Shown: piece after piece, positions 55,831 to 64,000 of the stretch
Layout of the letters: the number at the start of each line of letters is the position of its first letter
Numbering within the stretch: the first letter of the stretch is position 1
NCBI GenBank assembly: GCA_963707215.1
Contig: CAVPPB010000002.1
Location: forward strand, 192,001-256,000
Length of the DNA: 64,000 nt
Direction: 5' to 3'
Origin: an uncultured Chloroflexia bacterium
GTDB taxonomy: Bacteria; Chloroflexota; Limnocylindria; Limnocylindrales; CSP1-4
Notes under the pieces: model-generated
What the model was told of the DNA's origin: nothing
Databases searched by the model: none
The model's input: the letters and a program-made list of their open reading frames with translations, nothing else
Program-made: the position numbers and the translations under genes

Positions 55831-57219
55831 ATGACGGACCTCCGCCGGCTCTTCGATCGGCTCGTCCCGCAGGGCGCCCTGCTGCTGTCCGTGCTGAGCT
55901 TCGGCGGGTACGCGATGGGCCTGCTGCGTGACCGCACGTTCGCCCGGACGTACGGCGCGGGCATCGAGCTCGACGCCTACAACGCCGCCTTCGTCCTGCC
56001 GGAGTTGCTTCTCGACGTCCTCGTGGCGAGCGGGCTCACGGCCCCGTTCGTGCCGATCTTCCTCTCGCTCCGCCGCGAGGACGACGCCGCTGCCATCGAC
56101 TTCGGGCGGACGGTCCTGACCGGGGCGGTCCTGGTCATGGGCATCACGACCGCGATCCTCTTCGTCATCGCGCCGCTCACGGCCGACGTCATCGTCCCGG
56201 GGTTCGGCCCGGAGGACCGCGAGCTGTACGTCTCGCTCTTCAGGCTCATGTGCATCACGGCCGTGCTCTTCGCTGCCTCGATCGCCCTGGGCGAGCTGCT
56301 CGTCGCCGGCCGGCGCTTCTTCTGGTTCGGCGTCGCGCCACTCCTCTACAACGGCGGCATCGTCGCCGGCACCGTCCTGCTCGCCGACGCGATCGGCATC
56401 TACGCCGCCGCCGTCGGGGCGGTCCTGGGGGCCGCCCTCCATCTCGCGATCCGCCTCGTGGGCATCGCCCGGATGCGCTTCGTCATCCGACCCCGTCTGG
56501 CCGTCCGGACACCGGCCTTCCGCGAGTTCTTCCGGTTGATGATCCCCAAGATGCTCAGCCACCCGATCGAGCCGATCACCTTCCTCTTCTTCACCGCGGT
56601 CGCGACGACGATCGGGGCCGGCAGCGTCAGCTCGGTGAGCTTCGCCCGGAACTTCCAGAGCGCCCCCGTCAGCCTCATCGGGGTCGCCTTCTCGCTGGCC
56701 GTCTTCCCGACCCTCTCGGCGGCCTGGGCGGCCGGCGACCGGGCCCGGTTCCGCTCCGTCCTGGTCACCAACCTGGCGGTCATCGCGGTCCTGACCCTGG
56801 GGGCAGCCGTGGTCCTGGCCGTCTTCGGCGGCACGATCATCGAGGTGCTGCTGGGAGGCGGTGCCTTCGATGCCGAGGACGTCGAGACGACGGCACTCGT
56901 CCTGTCGGTCTTCGCCATCTCGGTGCCGCTCGAGGCCCTGACCTACCCGCTCTCACGCGGGCTCTACGCGACCCACAACACGCTGTTCCAGGTCGGGGCA
57001 TCGGTGGTCGGGCTGGCCGTGATCGTCGCCAGCTGCCTGGTGCTCGCCCCCCAGGTCGGGATCGTCGCCATCCCGCTCTCGTTCACCCTGGGCAGCGGGG
57101 CCAAGGCCGTCCTGCTCGCGGCCGCCCTGGCCTGGCGGTACCGGCGGGGTCAGCCCCCGATGAGCGGCAGGGGAGCGTCGCCGACCGGCACCGTGGGCAC
57201 CACGGCCAGGAACAAGTAG
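55831..57219 (+). CDS. murJ: Lipid II flippase MurJ/MviN
   Basis: GLLRDR..A..YGAG.ELDAYNAAF.LP, FVPIF, APLLYN, FPTLS. Confidence 0.85.
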   Translation: MTDLRRLFDRLVPQGALLLSVLSFGGYAMGLLRDRTFARTYGAGIELDAYNAAFVLPELLLDVLVASGLTAPFVPIFLSLRREDDAAAIDFGRTVLTGAVLVMGITTAILFVIAPLTADVIVPGFGPEDRELYVSLFRLMCITAVLFAASIALGELLVAGRRFFWFGVAPLLYNGGIVAGTVLLADAIGIYAAAVGAVLGAALHLAIRLVGIARMRFVIRPRLAVRTPAFREFFRLMIPKMLSHPIEPITFLFFTAVATTIGAGSVSSVSFARNFQSAPVSLIGVAFSLAVFPTLSAAWAAGDRARFRSVLVTNLAVIAVLTLGAAVVLAVFGGTIIEVLLGGGAFDAEDVETTALVLSVFAISVPLEALTYPLSRGLYATHNTLFQVGASVVGLAVIVASCLVLAPQVGIVAIPLSFTLGSGAKAVLLAAALAWRYRRGQPPMSGRGASPTGTVGTTARNK

Positions 57220-58136
57220 TCGCGGTCGGGGTACTTGCCTTCGGGCCGGATCCAGCGCTTGTAGTTGCGCTCCATCTCGGCCCGATCCTGGATCACCCCT
57301 GGCCCGTCCGAGCGACCCCAGATCGACGAGACCCGCGGGTACCACGGGTCGTAGATGTAGGCCGAGTGGACGTCGGCATCGGGGAAGACCAGCGGGTCGG
57401 CGTCGGCCTGGTAGCCGGTCATGACCCAGGTGTGAGCGCCGAACCAGGAGATCAGGACCACCGGCATGCCGGTCGTCTCGATGGCGACCGCGAAGTCCCG
57501 CATCGCGTCGGCCCGGTGGCGGTACCCTCTGACCTCGTAGCCGGGGGCGCCGTACGTCTCGAGGGCGAGGGCGATGGCCGTCGGGCCCCAGCCGCCGTCA
57601 AGGCTGTCCTGGCGACTCTCCCACTCACCGATGCGACCGGCGACCTGGCGCTGGAACCCCTCGGAGTTGTCCGCGAGGCCGAGCGCGGCCAGGACGATCT
57701 GCGTGCCCGCCACGGCGCACCAGTCCTTCGTGGCCTGGGAGGCGAACACCCGGCCGGGGTCGAGGTCCAGGCGGACGTCGACCGGCCCGCGGACCGGCGA
57801 TGGCGATGGAGAGGGCGATGGGGACGGGCTGGGCGGCGGGTTCGGCAAAGCGGATGCGCCCGGCTCGGCGGTCGGGCTCGGCGAGGGCGACGGCGCCGGC
57901 GACGGGGAGGCGCTGGCCCGCGGATCGACGACGACGACGGCCGGGATCTGCCGGTCCGGCGGCGGGTCGAGGAAGAGGCCGACCCGGGCCACGGCGCGCC
58001 CGAACGCGTAGCCGGCCCCCAGCGTGTCGGTCGCGACCGCCCCGACCGTCAGCAGGCCGCCGACGACGAGCACGGCCAGTGCGATGGCCGCGAGTCGGGG
58101 GCTGGGTCGGGGGCTGGGACGGGGGGACATCGACAT
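57150..58136 (-). CDS. Secreted protein with C39/papain-like peptidase motifs
   Basis: TM, PS-rich linker, SQ....WC, GAHTWV, IYDPW. Confidence 0.65.
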   Translation of the reverse strand: MSMSPRPSPRPSPRLAAIALAVLVVGGLLTVGAVATDTLGAGYAFGRAVARVGLFLDPPPDRQIPAVVVVDPRASASPSPAPSPSPSPTAEPGASALPNPPPSPSPSPSPSPSPVRGPVDVRLDLDPGRVFASQATKDWCAVAGTQIVLAALGLADNSEGFQRQVAGRIGEWESRQDSLDGGWGPTAIALALETYGAPGYEVRGYRHRADAMRDFAVAIETTGMPVVLISWFGAHTWVMTGYQADADPLVFPDADVHSAYIYDPWYPRVSSIWGRSDGPGVIQDRAEMERNYKRWIRPEGKYPDRDYLFLAVVPTVPVGDAPLPLIGG

Positions 58137-58261
58137 GGGATCCACGGCTGCCGGACGGCTGGCGTCCTGGCGGCGTGACGCCATCCTGCCACAGGTGGGC
58201 GATCGCGCCAGACGGTCGTCGGGCTCCGCGATCGCGGAGCGGTCGGCTACGGTCTTCGGTG

Positions 58262-59452
58262 ATGCTGCACCTGTCGACCGCGGAGCGCCGCACCCGGCTG
58301 GTCGTGCGCCACCGCCTCGCGCCGACCGCACGTGCCGCGACGCTGGGCGAAGCCGCCGACTCGGTCGTCGGGCTCCACGCCAGCGATCCGGTGTCGGTCT
58401 TCCTGGCGGCCCGGGCACGGATGACCGAGCCTGATCCGGTCGTGATAGAGCGTGCGCTCTACGACGAGCGCACGGTCGTCCGGATGCACGGTGTCCGGAG
58501 GACGCTCTTCGTCGTGCCGGTCGGGACGGCGCCTGAGATGCACGCCGCGGCCGCCACGGCGATCGCGGCGGCGGAGCGTCGTCGCCTCGCCGGATGGCTC
58601 ACCGGGGCGGGGATCGCCCAGGATCCCGATCGCTGGCTCGATCGGGTCATGGCGGAGACGCTCGCGGCGCTGGCGGCCCGGGGCGAGGCGTCGACCGCCC
58701 AGCTGACCGGCGACGTGTCGGGGCTCCGCGAGCGCCTCCCGTTCGGCGAGGGCAAGCCATACGCCGGCGTCATCGGGGTCGGGAGCCGGGTCCTGTACCT
58801 CCTCGCGCTCGAAGGGCGGATCGTCCGTGGCCGACCGCTCGGGACCTGGGTCAGCAGCCAGTACCGCTGGCTCCCGCTCGAGGCGGTGATCCCTGGCGGC
58901 TACCCGGAGATGCCGATGGCCGTTGCCCGTGCGGCGATCGTCCGGCGCTGGTTGCGTGCCTTCGGGCCGGGGACGCTGCGTGACCTGCGGTGGTGGACCG
59001 GCTGGGCCGCGAGCGAGATCCGTCGGTCGCTCGCCGCGCTCGAGGCGGTCGAGGTCGCGCTGGACGAGGGGATCGGCTGGGTGCTCCCGGACGACCTCGC
59101 GGCGACCGCACCGCTCGCGCCGGTGGCTGCGCTCCTGCCGAGCCTCGACCCCACGGTCATGGGCTGGGCGGATCGCGGCTTCTACCTGGGCGACCATGGG
59201 CGGTCGCTCTTCGATCGGGCCGGCAACGCCGGTCCCACGATCTGGTGGGACGGTCGGGTCGTCGGCGGCTGGGCCCAGCGACGCTCCGGCCGGATCGCCG
59301 TCGCCCTCCTGGAGGACGTTGGAGCCGAGGGCGAGGCGGCCGTCGATGCGGAGGCGGAGCGTCTTGCCGGCTGGCTCGGGCCGGTCCGGATCGCCCCGAG
59401 GTACCGGGTCCCGCTGGATCGCGAGCTGGCCGGCCGCCCGTCAGTCGAGTGA
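58262..59452 (+). CDS. HTH_42 / AlkZ-like DNA glycosylase family protein
   Basis: GLHASDP, RRTLF, RWLRAFGPGT..D..WWTG, LLPSLDP, DGRVVGGW. Confidence 0.85.
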   Translation: MLHLSTAERRTRLVVRHRLAPTARAATLGEAADSVVGLHASDPVSVFLAARARMTEPDPVVIERALYDERTVVRMHGVRRTLFVVPVGTAPEMHAAAATAIAAAERRRLAGWLTGAGIAQDPDRWLDRVMAETLAALAARGEASTAQLTGDVSGLRERLPFGEGKPYAGVIGVGSRVLYLLALEGRIVRGRPLGTWVSSQYRWLPLEAVIPGGYPEMPMAVARAAIVRRWLRAFGPGTLRDLRWWTGWAASEIRRSLAALEAVEVALDEGIGWVLPDDLAATAPLAPVAALLPSLDPTVMGWADRGFYLGDHGRSLFDRAGNAGPTIWWDGRVVGGWAQRRSGRIAVALLEDVGAEGEAAVDAEAERLAGWLGPVRIAPRYRVPLDRELAGRPSVE

Positions 59453-61576
59453 GGCCGGCACCTGGGACGGCGCGAGGACCTCGACCCGGACCGCCGTCGG
59501 CTCCGGTGCTCCGAGGATCGTCAGCGACCCGTAGAGGGGGCTCACGACGTCCAGCACCAACAGGTAGGCGCCAGGCTCGCTCGGGGCGGTGACCGCCAGC
59601 TCGGCGTTCGTCGTCTCGCCCGGCGAGGCGCTGATGTCGACGACGACGTCGGGCATCGGGCCGCTCCCGAGAGTCTCGGTGTCGACCTCGAGCGAGACCC
59701 AGTGGCCGACGAGCCGGGCACCCCAGGTGCCCTCGCTCAGGCGCTCGACGACGGCACCGGGGTCGCCGTCGGGCAGTGGGGCGTACCAGGGGATCTCCCC
59801 CGAGTTGAGGACGGCCACCGGGATGCTGGCGGTCGACCCCGGGACGAGCTCGAGGCGGTCGGGCGCTCCGATCGTCGCCGAGAGGGCCGGGGTGACCCGG
59901 ACGACGAGGCCCGGGATGGCCTCCTGGGTCGCCGCGTCGAAAGCGACGCCGTCGGGATCGTGGAGGGTCACGACGAGGCGGTACAGCCCCGGGTGCTCGG
60001 GAGCGCTGACGGTGGCGGCGAGACCGCTGGCGGTCACACTCGTCGCGGACACCCGGACGACGGCCCCCGGGACCTCCGCGGCGACCAGCGAGACGTCGGG
60101 CGCCTCGGACTCGGCACTCGGCTCCGGGCTCGGTGATGGCTGTGTCGACGCCTCGGGCGCCGGGCTCGGGCTCGGGGAGGGCTCGGCCGACGCCTCGACC
60201 GTCGGGCTCGGGGCCGCGCTGGCGCCGGGCTCGATCGACGGTGACGGCGCGGGGTTCGCCTCGGGCACGGCCCCCGGCGGCAGCTCCTGGTCGGGCTCGC
60301 CGGCGAGCTCGTCCCAGCGGATCCCGAGGCCCAGGCCAGACGATCCGGCCCCCGGATCGGCGAAGTCGAGCGCGAGCGTCACCTCGGACGCCACGGTCGG
60401 GATACCGTCGAGGGTCAGCCCGGTCACGGCCGGTCCGGCCGGGGCACCCGGATCGAGCGCTGGCCCGGCCTGGACGAGGCCGGCCCCGCGACGGACCTCC
60501 TCGGCTCGCAGGGTGGCCTTGGTGACGAGCGATCGCATGAAGCCCGACCTCGGCTCGGTGGGGTCCATCAGAGCCGTGTAGCCCGGGGTCCGGGTGCTCG
60601 GGAAGGCGAGGACGTGCCCGTGCTTCGTGGGGGCGCTCCGCCAGATCGCCTCGATCGTCCCCGAGCCGGTCATCAGGCGGCGGACGTACCAGGCCGGGTC
60701 CGCGTACGCGTCGGCGACGACGGCCGAGGCCCCCGCGGCGAGGAACCCGGCGGCGAAGTTGTCGACCCGGGCCTGGCCGGTCGCCAGGGTGCCCTCGGGG
60801 AGCCCGGGCTCGCTGTTGCCCGAGGCGTAGCAGAGGCGGTGGAGGAGGACGACCGCGTCGGGTGCCAGGTCGACGTCACGTGCGATGCGGGCCTCGCCGA
60901 AGTACTGGTGGGCGGCGTCGTCGACGCCGGCCACCGGGTTGAGCCCGAAGCCGTTCTGGACCTCGGGCCGCAGGACCGTCGTGTACTGGCTCGGGAAGCC
61001 ATTGCCGTGGCCGAGGTAGACGACGACCGAGGCGCCCTGGAGGGCCGCCCGGACGGCCGGCCAGGTGGCGTTCGGGGAGTACAGCGTGGTGACGTCGCCG
61101 GTGTGCCGACGGGCCTCCACCGCGGCCCGCTCGCCGGCGGCGATGAACTTGGCGGTGAGCGAGCCGACCGGCCCCACGATGACGACCACCTTGGGCTCGG
61201 CGGCCCGCGCTCCCGGGGCGGTCAGCGGAGCGGCACCGAGCACCAGCCCGTAGCCCAGGGCGATCGCAAGGAGCGCCTTGAGCTCGAGGCGCAGGATCCT
61301 CCAGGCGATCCCACTGGCCCGCTCGGCGGTCACGTCGTCAGGCTCCGTGGGCGTGCGTCCACGTTGCGGCTCCGCTGCGGTGGTAGCTCCACGGCCATGG
61401 TGGACCCGGAGCAGAGCAGGGACACCCCCCCATCTGGTGGGCTCCGGCGCGGGCGTGGCAAGGACGCGGTCATGACGCGGGTCGCTCCGTCCCGGGGTGG
61501 CGGCCGATCCGGCGGCGACGCGTGCCCACGAGATCGCCGGCAAGGCGATGGTGTGGCGATGACCGACGAAGCGCAT
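59441..61576 (-). CDS. Large exported protein with caspase/gingipain-like motif region and Ig-like C-terminus
   Basis: Hydrophobic segment, VVYLGHGNG...LHRLCYASG, PS-rich linker; true start uncertain. Confidence 0.65.
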   Translation of the reverse strand: MRFVGHRHTIALPAISWARVAAGSAATPGRSDPRHDRVLATPAPEPTRWGGVPALLRVHHGRGATTAAEPQRGRTPTEPDDVTAERASGIAWRILRLELKALLAIALGYGLVLGAAPLTAPGARAAEPKVVVIVGPVGSLTAKFIAAGERAAVEARRHTGDVTTLYSPNATWPAVRAALQGASVVVYLGHGNGFPSQYTTVLRPEVQNGFGLNPVAGVDDAAHQYFGEARIARDVDLAPDAVVLLHRLCYASGNSEPGLPEGTLATGQARVDNFAAGFLAAGASAVVADAYADPAWYVRRLMTGSGTIEAIWRSAPTKHGHVLAFPSTRTPGYTALMDPTEPRSGFMRSLVTKATLRAEEVRRGAGLVQAGPALDPGAPAGPAVTGLTLDGIPTVASEVTLALDFADPGAGSSGLGLGIRWDELAGEPDQELPPGAVPEANPAPSPSIEPGASAAPSPTVEASAEPSPSPSPAPEASTQPSPSPEPSAESEAPDVSLVAAEVPGAVVRVSATSVTASGLAATVSAPEHPGLYRLVVTLHDPDGVAFDAATQEAIPGLVVRVTPALSATIGAPDRLELVPGSTASIPVAVLNSGEIPWYAPLPDGDPGAVVERLSEGTWGARLVGHWVSLEVDTETLGSGPMPDVVVDISASPGETTNAELAVTAPSEPGAYLLVLDVVSPLYGSLTILGAPEPTAVRVEVLAPSQVPASLD

Positions 61577-61995
61577 GGTCCCGATGGTCCCTGACGACAG
61601 TGCCCTGTGGCTTATCTGCGCGTGAACGCATGGCCTCGGCCATCCGGCCACCGTGGACGCATCGGCACTGCCGCACGGCCCGACGAGCCATCGTCGCGCG
61701 GCGCATGGCCGCCCGTCCACGGTCGTTGGTCACGAAACGTCCGTCGGCTGCTGCGCGACGGCACCGGCCCGCCTGATCCAGCTCGAGGCCGCAGCGACCC
61801 GTTTCCTGCCATCCTCCGCGCCCAGGCGCACTACGGTCGATCGGGCTGCCGGTGGGGGTCCGGACGGCTGGTCGAGATGGTCGCCCATGCTCGAGCGAAG
61901 GCGCGGGCGCCGATCGGGGACCGCCTGGTCGACGTGACCGGACGTACTGCGGCTCGTGGCGGAATGTGGCAGGGACGACGCGTACCGACCGCCGG

Positions 61996-62973
61996 TCAGC
62001 GCATCGTGAGGGCCATCACCGCCTTCTGGACGTGGAGCCGGTTCTCGGCCTCGTCGTAGACCACCGAGTGCGGCCCGTCGATGACCCCGTCGGTCACCTC
62101 GATGTTCCGGTCGGCCGGCAGCGGGTGCATGTAGATGGCGTGGCCGGCCGCCATCGCCATCCGCCGCTCGTCGGTGATCCAGTCGGTGTAGCGACCGGCG
62201 ATCTCGGCGCCCTCGGCTTCGTCCCCGGCCCGCAACAGGGCGCCCCAGCTCTTGGCGTAGACGACCTCGGCATGGCGGAAGCCACTCTCGAAGTCGTCGA
62301 GCAGCTCGATGCTGCCGCCGGCGTGGCGGGCGTTCTCACGGGCCTCGTCCACCACATCGGGCATGAGCTCGAACTCGGGCGGGTGGACCAGGCGAACGTC
62401 CATCCCGAAGCGGGTCGCGGCGAGCAGCAGGTCCTGGGGCACGCTGATCGGCTTCTGGTAGCTCTTGGCGTAGGCCCAGCTGATGGTGATCCGGCGGCCC
62501 CGCAGCGGGCCCAGCTTCTCCCGCATCGTCATCAGGTCGGCCAGGATCTGGAACGGGTGGTAGATGTCGCACTGCATGTTGAGGACCGGCACCCGGCTGG
62601 CCTCAGCGACCTCCCGGATATAGCGGTTGCCGATGCCCCAGTCCACGTTCCGGATGGCGATCCCGTCGTTGTAGCGGCCCAGGATCTCGCCGATCTCCTT
62701 GGCCGTGTCGCCGTGCGCGATCTGGGTGCTCTTGCTCTCGATGAACTGGGCGTGGCCGCCCAGCTGGGCCATCCCGGCTTCGAACGAGGCCCGGGTCCGG
62801 GTGCTGGAGTAGAAGAAGAGCATCGCCAGGACCCGGTCCCGCAGGTACGGGTGCGGCTCGCCGAGGGCTCGCTTGCGCTTGAGGTCGAAGGCGACGTCGA
62901 GGGCGGTCTCGATCTCCTCGGTCGTCCAATCCGAGAGGGTGATGAGGTCGCGCCCCCGCAGGTCGGTCTGCAT
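61996..62973 (-). CDS. Carbamoyltransferase, OTC superfamily (YgeW/knotted-type motifs)
   Basis: SSTRT, HPFQ, WAYAKSYQKPISVPQ, YAKSW, HPLPADR, AENR. Confidence 0.88.
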   Translation of the reverse strand: MQTDLRGRDLITLSDWTTEEIETALDVAFDLKRKRALGEPHPYLRDRVLAMLFFYSSTRTRASFEAGMAQLGGHAQFIESKSTQIAHGDTAKEIGEILGRYNDGIAIRNVDWGIGNRYIREVAEASRVPVLNMQCDIYHPFQILADLMTMREKLGPLRGRRITISWAYAKSYQKPISVPQDLLLAATRFGMDVRLVHPPEFELMPDVVDEARENARHAGGSIELLDDFESGFRHAEVVYAKSWGALLRAGDEAEGAEIAGRYTDWITDERRMAMAAGHAIYMHPLPADRNIEVTDGVIDGPHSVVYDEAENRLHVQKAVMALTMR

Positions 62974-62983
62974 CTGCGACCTC

Positions 62984-63937
62984 CTACTCGGCGGCGCCGA
63001 GGATGAGGGCCAGGAGCCCCATCTTGAGCGCCACGCCGTTGAAGGCCTCCGCCCAGTAGCGCTGGTGGCGGGTCGCATCGACGTCATCCGGGAGCTCGTC
63101 CATCCGGGGCAGCGAGTGGAGGATCATCGACGACCGCTTCGCCTTGTCGCGGAGCAGCTCGCGGGTGACGACGTACTCCGGCGGGGTGAGCCCCACCTGG
63201 TCGCCGCGCTCGACGCGCGACGAGGTGTAGTCGGCCTGGACGACCGGCTCCATGTAGATGACGTCGGCCTCGCCGATGACGTCGCGGACGTCGCCCGCCT
63301 CCTCGTAGTCCACGTTGAGGGCGTCGATCTCGGCCTTGAACTCGGGCAGGAGGCTCATCTCCGGCGGTCCGACCACGTAGGCCTTGGCGTCGAACTGCGA
63401 CAGCGCGTAGAGGATCGAGTGCATCGTCCGCATCCGCATGTCGCCGACCAGCAGGTAGGTGAGCCCGTCGAGGGTGCCCTTCTCGTGGAGGACCGTGTAC
63501 AGGTCGGTCAGGACCTGGGTCGGATGCTCGCCCCAGCCGTCGCCGCAGTTGAGGATCGGCACGGACGACCACTTCGCCGCCTCGGCCGGTGCGCCCTGCT
63601 GGAAGTGGCGGATGGCGATGACGTCCGCGTAGTACTCCAGCATGTGGAAGGTGTCCTTGATCGACTCCTGGTAGAAGTCGCCCGCCCGGGTCATCTTGGC
63701 GTCCGAGAACCCCAGGACGGCGCCGCCGAGCCGGTGCATCGCGGCCTCGTGGGAGAGCCGCGTCCGGGTCGACGGCTGGTAGAAGGCCGTCAGCAGGGTC
63801 TTGTGCTTGAGCAGGTCCGCGTTCCGACGGTCGCGAGCGTACGGCCGAAGGTCGTCGGCGACCTGGAAGACCCGGAAGAACTCGTCCCGGCTGAAGTCCT
63901 TGAGCGACAGGATGTCGCGGCCGGTGAAGCTTCTCAT
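62984..63937 (-). CDS. Aspartate carbamoyltransferase-like protein (non-canonical)
   Basis: YQPSTRT, IRH, EHPTQ, HSLPR; lacks RxQxER. Confidence 0.85.
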   Translation of the reverse strand: MRSFTGRDILSLKDFSRDEFFRVFQVADDLRPYARDRRNADLLKHKTLLTAFYQPSTRTRLSHEAAMHRLGGAVLGFSDAKMTRAGDFYQESIKDTFHMLEYYADVIAIRHFQQGAPAEAAKWSSVPILNCGDGWGEHPTQVLTDLYTVLHEKGTLDGLTYLLVGDMRMRTMHSILYALSQFDAKAYVVGPPEMSLLPEFKAEIDALNVDYEEAGDVRDVIGEADVIYMEPVVQADYTSSRVERGDQVGLTPPEYVVTRELLRDKAKRSSMILHSLPRMDELPDDVDATRHQRYWAEAFNGVALKMGLLALILGAAE

Positions 63938-64000
63938 GCCCTCGTCCTCTCCTTCGAGCAGGTGGTCACTGGTGCGTGGTTGGCATGGGTGGTGACGGCC

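Noticed and set aside
61600-61630. c-di-GMP-I riboswitch-like words on the minus strand
   Set aside because: Required P1/GNRA tetraloop-receptor architecture not found

Overview
Very GC-rich bacterial window (roughly 70%+ GC by eye; gene content fits Chloroflexota or Actinomycetota, which is inference). The right end (55.65-64 kb) looks like core genome: tRNA-Arg(TCG) on the minus strand, murJ, two predicted secreted cysteine-peptidase-like proteins, an AlkZ-like HTH_42 gene and two non-canonical carbamoyltransferases. The left part (1-32.6 kb) is a mosaic of five class III nucleotide cyclases (one lies at 43 kb), hydrolases, regulators, a twice-present leader + secreted protein + terminator unit, and a fadN-fadA-fadE-fadD beta-oxidation operon. 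The main signal lies 3' of the tRNA (about 32.9-55.6 kb). The tRNA's last 16 nt (TGGCGCGCCCGGAGGG on +) recur intergenically, in the same orientation, at 53284, 48856 and 47769 (exact), 37702 and 34000 (one mismatch), with degenerate copies near 51893, 43294 and 32927. Most copies continue into a related arm that forms an imperfect palindrome. The sites divide the region into 1-6 kb cargo modules (GNATs, transporters, regulator-target pairs with their own operators) with no recombinase gene. An IS481-type terminus sits 1 nt from the tRNA end and again at 53284, with a third remnant beside the degenerate site at 51893. This looks like a tRNA-anchored, integrase-less cassette-accretion array. 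All calls come from reading the sequence; no database search was run.
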